From Alphaproteobacteria bacterium (GTDB lineage Bacteria; Pseudomonadota; Alphaproteobacteria; UBA828), in contig CBDEUT010000004.1 of the NCBI GenBank assembly GCA_965243375.1, forward strand, positions 234,276-298,275: a stretch of 64,000 nucleotides of DNA. Reading direction: 5' to 3'. Every line of letters starts with the position of its first letter. Position 1 is the stretch's first letter. Positions 57,696-64,000 of the stretch are shown here, one piece after another. The notes under the pieces were generated by a model that saw only the letters and a program-made list of their open reading frames with translations, ran no database searches and was not told the origin of the DNA. The translations under genes were made by a program, and so were the position numbers.

Positions 57696-58382
57696 TTAGA
57701 ACGGCACGCCGACGGCCTTGCACAGGAAGCTGGTAAATTCGGCGCCGGCGCGCGCGATCGCTGCGAAGCGGTCCAGAAAATCGGGTCGGACCGCCTCGGT
57801 TTCCTCGACGTCGGCGATCACGACGAAGTCCTTGCGCTTGAGGTCCTCGATCAGGGAGTGCTCCGGGTCGTAGCCGCGCGGCGGCCGCTTGAGCGCCTCT
57901 CCCGCCAGCCGGAAGGTCCGGCAGAAGTCGTCGCCCGTGGTGATGTGCGTCCATTCCTCCGGCTTCTCGACGATGGCGTCGCGAATCCTGCCGAGCGTGG
58001 GACTGTCCGGGTGCCAGACGCCGCAGCCGGCGAAGCACATGCCAGGCTCCAGGTGCAGATAGAAGCCGGGCGCGTGGGCGTCCTTGCCGGCGGCGTGGCG
58101 AAAGTGCGCGCCGACGTTGGTCTTGTAAGGCGTCTTGTCCTTCGAGAACCGCGTGTCCCGATAGATGCGGAAGAGCGAGCCGCCGTTCGCCCGTGGATCG
58201 GCGCGGAAGTGCGGGCTGATCTCCGCCAGCGGCTCCGCGAAGGCCTGGATGAAGTCGAGCATGGGGTCGCGCACCTCGGCCCGGTAGCGCGCCTTGTTCT
58301 CCTCGAACCACGGCCGCTCGTTGTTGACCTTGAGCTCGCGTAGGAAGTCGAAGAGCGCGGGCGTGATGAGTTGCGCGGTCAT
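57696..58382 (-). CDS. DUF2461 domain-containing protein (TIGR02453 family)
   Basis: ORF trimmed to the ATG at 58382. FDFLRELKVNNERPWFEENKARY and FRIYRDTRFSKDKTPYKT motifs. Confidence 0.8.
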   Translation of the reverse strand: MTAQLITPALFDFLRELKVNNERPWFEENKARYRAEVRDPMLDFIQAFAEPLAEISPHFRADPRANGGSLFRIYRDTRFSKDKTPYKTNVGAHFRHAAGKDAHAPGFYLHLEPGMCFAGCGVWHPDSPTLGRIRDAIVEKPEEWTHITTGDDFCRTFRLAGEALKRPPRGYDPEHSLIEDLKRKDFVVIADVEETEAVRPDFLDRFAAIARAGAEFTSFLCKAVGVPF

Positions 58383-58506
58383 GGTCTCCTCTCCAGGCAA
58401 GGGCGCATCGGTGCGCCACCATCGCACGGCGGCGGCGGCGTCCAAAGAGCCCCGCTGCCGTGGTAGAGTGGGGCCGGCCGATCCCCCACAACCACAGAGA
58501 CTCCCG

Positions 58507-59931
58507 ATGGCCCTCGCCGAAGCGACCGCCCCGCAGACCGAACCCGCGCCGAGCGAGCCGATCGCGCGCACGCTTGCGCGCTTCGCCCGCGAGCTCACGC
58601 TCGACGACGTGCCCGACGCGGTGGTCGAGCGCGCCAAGCTGCACATCCTCGACGCGGTGGGCATCGGCCTTGCGGCGTCCCGCTACGACTTCAGTCACAA
58701 GACGCTGACCGCGATCCACGGGCTTGCCGGCGACGGGCCCTATCCGGTCATCGGGATGCCGGCGCGGCTGCCGCTACGCGATGCCGCGCAGATGAACGGC
58801 TTCCTGATCCACGGCCTCGATTACGACGACACCCACGTCGGCGGCGTGATCCACGCCACGACCAGCGCGGTGCCGACGGTGATGGCCGCCGGCCAGCGGC
58901 ACGGTGCCTCGGGGCGCGAGGTGCTGGAAGCCTATCTCGTGGCCATCGAGGGCGCGGCGCGGATCGCCGCTGCGGCGCAGGGCGGCTTCCATCGCCTGGG
59001 CTTCCACCCCACCGGCATGGTGGGCGTCTTCGGCGCGGCGCTGGCCGCTGGCCGGCTCGCCGGCATGACCGAGGCACAGCTTGCGCACGCGCAAGGCATC
59101 GCGCTCAGCATGGCGTCGGGCAGCCTGCAGTTCCTGGACGACGGCGCCTGGACCAAGCGGATGCACCCCGGCTGGGCGGCGGTCGGCGGGATCAGCGCCG
59201 CGGCGCTGGCCCAGCAGGGCTTTCGGGGCCCGGCCGAGCCCTACGAGGGGCGCTTCGGCCTCTACGCGCTCTACGGTGCCCCCGACGCGGAGATCGACTG
59301 GGCCATGTGCACCGCCGGCCTCGGCGAGGATTGGGAGATGCTGCGCATCGGCATCAAGCCTTACCCGGCCTGCCACCTGGTCCACGCGCTGGGCGACGCG
59401 GCCCAGGCGCTGCGCGACGAGCACGGAATCACGCCGGCGCAAGTCGAGAGCGTAGATGCGTTGATCGGCGAGGGCTGCGTCAGCGTGGTGTGCGAGCCCG
59501 AGGCCGCCAAGCGCCGCCCGGCCAACGCCTACGAGGCCCAGTTCAGCGCCCACTACATGATCGCGAGCGTGCTCGAGCGCGGGCGCTTCACCCTCACCGA
59601 GCTCGAGCCCGAGGCCTACACGGATCCGGCGGTGCTCGCGCTCTGCGACAGGGTCAGCTACCGCGTCGATCCCGACTCGGCGTTTCCGACCTACTACTCG
59701 GGCGAGGTGGTGATCCGCACCGCCGATGGCCGCACGCTGCGACACCGCGAGCAGGTCAACCGCGGCGCCGACACCCGCCCGCTCTCCGCCGACGAGATCG
59801 TCGCCAAGTACCGCGACAACGCCGCGATGACGCTGGCGCCCGACCGCGCCGAACGCGCCCTCGACGCCGTGATGTCGCTCGACCGGGACTCGACGCCCGA
59901 GGAGGTTGCGGCGCTGCTGAGCCTCGCCTGA
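58507..59931 (+). CDS. MmgE/PrpD family protein
   Basis: ORF trimmed to the ATG at 58507. ARFARELTLDDVPDAVVERAKLHILD, GLDYDDTH, and IKPYPACH motifs. Confidence 0.85.
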   Translation: MALAEATAPQTEPAPSEPIARTLARFARELTLDDVPDAVVERAKLHILDAVGIGLAASRYDFSHKTLTAIHGLAGDGPYPVIGMPARLPLRDAAQMNGFLIHGLDYDDTHVGGVIHATTSAVPTVMAAGQRHGASGREVLEAYLVAIEGAARIAAAAQGGFHRLGFHPTGMVGVFGAALAAGRLAGMTEAQLAHAQGIALSMASGSLQFLDDGAWTKRMHPGWAAVGGISAAALAQQGFRGPAEPYEGRFGLYALYGAPDAEIDWAMCTAGLGEDWEMLRIGIKPYPACHLVHALGDAAQALRDEHGITPAQVESVDALIGEGCVSVVCEPEAAKRRPANAYEAQFSAHYMIASVLERGRFTLTELEPEAYTDPAVLALCDRVSYRVDPDSAFPTYYSGEVVIRTADGRTLRHREQVNRGADTRPLSADEIVAKYRDNAAMTLAPDRAERALDAVMSLDRDSTPEEVAALLSLA

Positions 59932-59957
59932 CCGGATACAGTCTCGGCCCCTTCGCC

Positions 59958-60269
59958 ATGACCGCCCGAATCGCCATACCCGCCGACGGGATTGCCGCCT
60001 TCTGCGAGCGCTGGCAGGTGACGGAGTTGGCGCTGTTCGGCTCTGTCCTGCGCGACGACTTCGGCCCGGAGAGCGACATTGACGTGCTGGTCTCGTTCGA
60101 GGACAGCGCGCGCCACACGCTCTTCGACATGGTTCGCATGGAGGAGGAGCTCAAGGCGCTTTTCGGCCGCGAAGTCGATCTGGTCAGCCGGCGGGGCATC
60201 GAGCGGAGCGGTAATCAACTGCGCCGAGAGGCCATCCTGGAGGCTGCCGAAACCATCCATGCAGCGTGA
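59958..60269 (+). CDS. nucleotidyltransferase-domain antitoxin (MntA-type)
   Basis: 103 aa from the ATG at 59958. GSVLRDDFGPESDIDVLV is the minimal NTase G-S-x10-D-x-D motif. Confidence 0.8.
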   Translation: MTARIAIPADGIAAFCERWQVTELALFGSVLRDDFGPESDIDVLVSFEDSARHTLFDMVRMEEELKALFGREVDLVSRRGIERSGNQLRREAILEAAETIHAA

Positions 60270-60600
60270 CGCCATACACCTTGCCGACATCATCAAGTCT
60301 GCGCGCATGATTCGGGAGTATGTTTCAGGAGCTTCGCGCCAAGTGTTTTTGGCAAATCCTCAGTTGCAGGACTCCGTTATCCGCCGCTTCGAAATCATCG
60401 GAGAGGCGGCGGGACGCATCTCGCAACGGTTTCGCGACGAGAACCCTGACGTTCCCTGGTCTGAAATGAGGGGGATGCGAAATCGGGTCATCCACCGTTA
60501 CGACGACATAGACATGGACATCGTGTGGGAGACGGTGGAGCAGGACATTCCCCGCCTCATCGTGCAACTCGAAGGTCTAGTCTCGGAAGAGCCGTCGTAG
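60259..60600 (+). CDS. HEPN-domain toxin (DUF86/HepT-type)
   Basis: 113 aa from the ATG at 60259, overlapping the NTase gene by 11 nt. RNRVIHRYDDID contains the R-x4-H HEPN motif. Confidence 0.8.
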   Translation: MQRDAIHLADIIKSARMIREYVSGASRQVFLANPQLQDSVIRRFEIIGEAAGRISQRFRDENPDVPWSEMRGMRNRVIHRYDDIDMDIVWETVEQDIPRLIVQLEGLVSEEPS

Positions 60601-60609
60601 CGGCCGGCG

Positions 60610-60786
60610 CTATGCGTTTCGGGCGCGGTGGATCGTGCCGTCGGCTACCAGGGCCGCGATCTCGTTCGCATCGCAGCCGAGCTCGGCAAGGATGGCGGCG
60701 GTGTCGGCGCCGAGTGCAGGCGCCGCGCGGGCTTGACGGGCGCGGGCGGCTGCCCATGAATGTGGGCCACCCGCCGAGGTGCCCAT
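60610..60786 (-). pseudogene. remnant of the 3' end of a family III (CaiB/BaiF) CoA-transferase gene
   Basis: My translation of the minus strand: ...RAAPALGADTAAILAELGCDANEIAALVADGTIHRARNA-stop. This is the characteristic C-terminal P.LG.(H)T..iL.eLG....eI..L...G.I of CaiB-family enzymes. The frame is closed by a TAG just upstream and runs into the ubiD start. Confidence 0.5.
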
Positions 60787-62293
60787 GGCCTATCGATCGC
60801 TGCGCGACTTCATCGCCCGCCTGGAGGGCGCGGGCCGGCTCAGCCGGGTCTCCGCGCCGGTCTCGCCCCACCTGGAGATGACCGAGATTCAGACCCGTCT
60901 GATCGCGGAGGAGGGGCCGGCGGTGCTGTTCGAGACCGTCGTCGGCGAGGACGGCACGCGTTTCGACATGCCGGTGCTGGTCAACCTCTTCGGCACCGTA
61001 GAGCGGGTCGCCTGGGGCATGAACCGGGAGCCGGGTGCACTGCGCGAGGTGGGCGAGACCCTGGCCTTCCTGCGCCAGCCGGAGCCGCCGAGCGGCTGGC
61101 GCGAGGCGGTCGAGATGCTGCCGCTGCTCAACACGGTGCGCGCCATGAAGCCCCGTACCGTGGGCGACGGGCCGGTGCACGAGGTGGTGCTCACCGGCGA
61201 CGACATCGATCTCGCCCGGCTCCCGATCCAGACCTGCTGGCCGGGGGAGCCCGCGCCGCTCATCACCTGGCCGCTGGTGGTGACCAGAGGGCCGAGCAAG
61301 TCGCGCATCGACAACTACAACCTCGGCATCTACCGGATGCAGGTCACGGGCCGCGATACCACGCTGATGCGCTGGCTCGCGCACCGGGGCGGCGCCCAGC
61401 AGCACCGGCGCTGGGGGCAGGAGAAGCGCGAGCCGCTGCCGGCTGCGGCGGTGATCGGCGCGGACCCCGGCACCATCCTCGCGGCGGTGACGCCAGTGCC
61501 GGACACGCTGTCCGAGTATCAGTTCGCGGGCCTCCTGCGCGGCCGGAAGGTCGAGCTGGTGCGGGCCAAGACCGTGCCGCTGGAGGTGCCGGCCGAAGCC
61601 GAGATCGTCATCGAGGGCCATGTCAGCCTCGACGACTATGAGGACGAAGGCCCCTACGGCGACCATACCGGCTACTACAACGCGGTCGAGCCGTTCCCCG
61701 TGTTCACGGTCTCCGCCATCACCATGCGGCGCGACCCGATCTACCTCTCGACCTATACCGGGCGCCCGCCGGACGAGCCCAGCATTTTGGGCGAGGCGCT
61801 CAACGAGGTCTTCATTCCGCTGCTGGTCCAGCAGTTTCCGGAGATCGTGGATTTCTGGCTGCCGCCGGAGGGCTGCAGCTACCGGATCGCCGTGGTCTCC
61901 ATCAGGAAGTCCTACGCGGGCCACGCCAAGCGGGTGATGATGGCCGTCTGGTCCTATCTGCGGCAGTTCATGTATACGAAATGGGTGATCGTGGTGGACG
62001 ACGACATCGATGCGCGCGACTGGAAGGACGTGATGTGGGCGGTCTCCACCCGCATGGACCCCGCGCGCGACATCACCATGGTCGAGAACACGCCCATCGA
62101 CTATCTCGACTTCGCGAGCCCGGAGCCGGGGCTCGGCGCCAAGATCGGCCTGGATGCGACCACCAAGATCGGGCCCGAGACCGGCCGGACCTGGGGCACG
62201 CGCATCCGCATGGCGGACGAGATCGTGGAGCGCGTGACGGGCAAGTGGGACAGTTACGGCCTGCCGGGCTCCGGCAAGCCGATCTGGCGCTAA
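60785..62293 (+). CDS. ubiD: UbiD-family decarboxylase (4-hydroxy-3-polyprenylbenzoate decarboxylase-like)
   Basis: [39 protein letters not shown]... The typical UbiD N-terminus and the length (about 500 aa) both fit. Confidence 0.85.
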   Translation: MAYRSLRDFIARLEGAGRLSRVSAPVSPHLEMTEIQTRLIAEEGPAVLFETVVGEDGTRFDMPVLVNLFGTVERVAWGMNREPGALREVGETLAFLRQPEPPSGWREAVEMLPLLNTVRAMKPRTVGDGPVHEVVLTGDDIDLARLPIQTCWPGEPAPLITWPLVVTRGPSKSRIDNYNLGIYRMQVTGRDTTLMRWLAHRGGAQQHRRWGQEKREPLPAAAVIGADPGTILAAVTPVPDTLSEYQFAGLLRGRKVELVRAKTVPLEVPAEAEIVIEGHVSLDDYEDEGPYGDHTGYYNAVEPFPVFTVSAITMRRDPIYLSTYTGRPPDEPSILGEALNEVFIPLLVQQFPEIVDFWLPPEGCSYRIAVVSIRKSYAGHAKRVMMAVWSYLRQFMYTKWVIVVDDDIDARDWKDVMWAVSTRMDPARDITMVENTPIDYLDFASPEPGLGAKIGLDATTKIGPETGRTWGTRIRMADEIVERVTGKWDSYGLPGSGKPIWR

Positions 62294-62318
62294 GTAGGAC
62301 ACAGTTGGGGAATACAGC

Positions 62319-63269
62319 ATGACAGGGAAAACCGCGTTCGTCACCGGCGCCTCGGGATTCATCGGCACCAACCTGGTGAAGCAGCTGGGCGAGGCTGGCT
62401 GGTCGGTGACCGCGATGCACCGCGAGACCTCGGACCTCACCTACCTGAGCCAGTTCCCGGCCACATTGGTGGTTGGCGATATCGGGGACCGGGAGTTTCT
62501 TGTAGGCGCGATCCCCGAAGGCGTCGACGCGCTCTTCCACGTGGCCGGCAACGTGAGCTTCGATTCGGCCGGCGACGAGGCCCAGACCCATGCGAACGTG
62601 GCGGGCACCCGCGCCATCGTCGAGGTGGCGCAGGCCAGGAACGTCGGGCGCTTCATCCACACGTCTACGGGCGCGACGTGGGGTCTTCACGACGGCATGC
62701 CCATCGACGAGACGGCGCCCTCCAATGCCGACGATCTGCCGGTCAACTATTGCCGCACCAAGAAGGCGGCCGAGGACATCGTGCTGGAGGCTGTGGCCGG
62801 CGGCCTCGATGCGGTCTGCGTCAACCCCGGCAACGTGGTCGGCCCCTACGACCGGGTGATCTGGGGCCCCTTCGTCCAGGCCATCGCGAGCGGCGCCATG
62901 ACCGCCGTGGGCGTCGGCGGCGGCTCTTTCTGCCATATCGACGAGACCGCGAAGGCGCACATCAGCGCCTACGAGCGGGGAAGGAGTGGGGAGCGCTATA
63001 TCCTCGGCGGCGCCAACGAGAAGTTTGCCACCGCAGCCGGGATCGTGGCCGAGATCGTCGGAGTCGAGCCGCCGCAGCCCACGAGCGAGCGCAATCCCGA
63101 CGCCAGCGACGAGATCCACTTCGTCACGAACCTGGATCAGATCATGCTGTGCGACAAGGCAGTGCGGGAGCTCGGCTTCAGGCCGCTGCCGCTCCGCACC
63201 ATGTTCGAGGATCTCTGCGCCTGGATGCGCGCGGAGGGGATGCTGCCCGCCGCCCCGGCCGGCGCTTGA
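62319..63269 (+). CDS. NAD-dependent epimerase/dehydratase family (extended SDR) protein
   Basis: 316 aa. VTGASGFIGTNL Rossmann motif and the YCRTKKAAE catalytic Y-x3-K. Confidence 0.8.
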   Translation: MTGKTAFVTGASGFIGTNLVKQLGEAGWSVTAMHRETSDLTYLSQFPATLVVGDIGDREFLVGAIPEGVDALFHVAGNVSFDSAGDEAQTHANVAGTRAIVEVAQARNVGRFIHTSTGATWGLHDGMPIDETAPSNADDLPVNYCRTKKAAEDIVLEAVAGGLDAVCVNPGNVVGPYDRVIWGPFVQAIASGAMTAVGVGGGSFCHIDETAKAHISAYERGRSGERYILGGANEKFATAAGIVAEIVGVEPPQPTSERNPDASDEIHFVTNLDQIMLCDKAVRELGFRPLPLRTMFEDLCAWMRAEGMLPAAPAGA

Positions 63270-63278
63270 GCGCGCTCC

Positions 63279-63410
63279 TTAAGGGACGATGCCGCCGGCG
63301 GAGAGGCCCGCGAGGACGCCGATGATGAGGACGGTGAGGGCGAGTCCCGCCACGTAAGGAATTCGTGCCCGCGTCAGCTCCTCGAGCGAGGGGCCGTGAT
63401 CGTCGCTCAT
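63279..63410 (-). CDS. candidate 43-aa single-pass membrane micropeptide
   Basis: My translation: MSDDHGPSLEELTRARIPYVAGLALTVLIIGVLAGLSAGGIVP-stop. GAGGAG lies 9 nt upstream of the ATG. Co-directional with and downstream of pxpA. Below the ORF-track size cutoff. Confidence 0.35.
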   Translation of the reverse strand: MSDDHGPSLEELTRARIPYVAGLALTVLIIGVLAGLSAGGIVP

Positions 63411-63498
63411 CGAGGTCTACTCCTCTGGTCTGCCCACCGCGACTCTTCGGGGGCGCGAGGCCGGACCATGCCTCAACCGGCGCCGCGTTTCCAGCCCC

Positions 63499-64000
63499 TT
63501 ACTCGGCCGCCTGGTGCCGGATCGTCGGCGCGGGCTCGAGCGGCTCCAGCGCATAGCCGTGCTCCGAGAGGGTCGCGCCGATGGTCGTGGCGAGATCGAC
63601 CGCGTTCGGCCCGTCGCCGTGGAGGCAGATGCTGCGCGCCGCAATGGGCACGCGCGCGCCGTTGATGCTCAGTGTCGCGCCGGTCTCCAGGAAGAGCCCG
63701 AGCTTGTGACGGGTGTCGTCGAGGTCCGCGCCCTCGTTGGAGCGCTTGAGCACCAGCGTGCCGTCATCGTCGTAGGGCAGGTCGAAATAGAGCTCGCCCA
63801 CCACGTCGATGCCCATGTCGGCCGCGATCTTCGTCACCGCGTGGCGCTCCACCGGCGCCGGGTAATAGATCATCGGCTCGGGGCAGAGATCGATCACCGC
63901 GCGGGCGAACGCCTCGCCCAGCGCCTCGTCTTCGTTGAGCATGCGGTAGAGGGCGCCGTGGGGCTTGACGTGGTGGAGCGCCATGCCGTTGGCATCCAGC
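63499..64000 (-). CDS. pxpA: 5-oxoprolinase subunit PxpA (LamB/YcsF family), N-terminus outside window
   Basis: HHVKPHGALY and CLHGDGPNAV motifs of the LamB/YcsF family. The frame stays open to the window edge. Confidence 0.8.
   Translation of the reverse strand, partial: LDANGMALHHVKPHGALYRMLNEDEALGEAFARAVIDLCPEPMIYYPAPVERHAVTKIAADMGIDVVGELYFDLPYDDDGTLVLKRSNEGADLDDTRHKLGLFLETGATLSINGARVPIAARSICLHGDGPNAVDLATTIGATLSEHGYALEPLEPAPTIRHQAAE

Overview
High-GC chromosomal window that looks alphaproteobacterial; all calls come from reading the supplied ORF translations and the DNA by eye. Conserved housekeeping blocks: folB, mtnP, prs-rplY-pth-ychF, lgt-methyltransferase-pgeF, dxr-hpnC-hpnD, sdhE-mfd, DUF192-DUF1491, recG, ubiD, and a partial pxpA. 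Accessory material between them: (a) two DDE insertion sequences with terminal inverted repeats and target duplications (611-1967; 46441-48402), each next to a GC-rich palindromic repeat; (b) a 269-bp MITE-like element with perfect 25-bp inverted ends overlapping the ychF stop; (c) four toxin-antitoxin-like pairs: ParE/RelE-type, GNAT/DUF1778, DUF4258/Cys-less MqsA-like on an AT-richer islet, and MNT/HEPN; (d) a seven-gene catabolic operon (20275-28732) with an in-frame TauD::LLM fusion ORF and a divergent SHMT paralog; (e) further amidohydrolase, oxoprolinase, aminotransferase and oxygenase clusters. The most unusual signal is non-coding. It is a family of mosaic elements built from ATCCC cores phased alternately 9 and 10 bp apart (19-bp unit), with 26 cores at 39620-39862, 12-13 cores in inverted orientation at 54820-54941, and a 3-4-core remnant at 34418-34456. 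The two large copies also share head and tail sequences. No rRNA, tRNA or CRISPR array was recognised. Many long ORFs in the track are antisense shadow frames typical of high-GC DNA and were not called.
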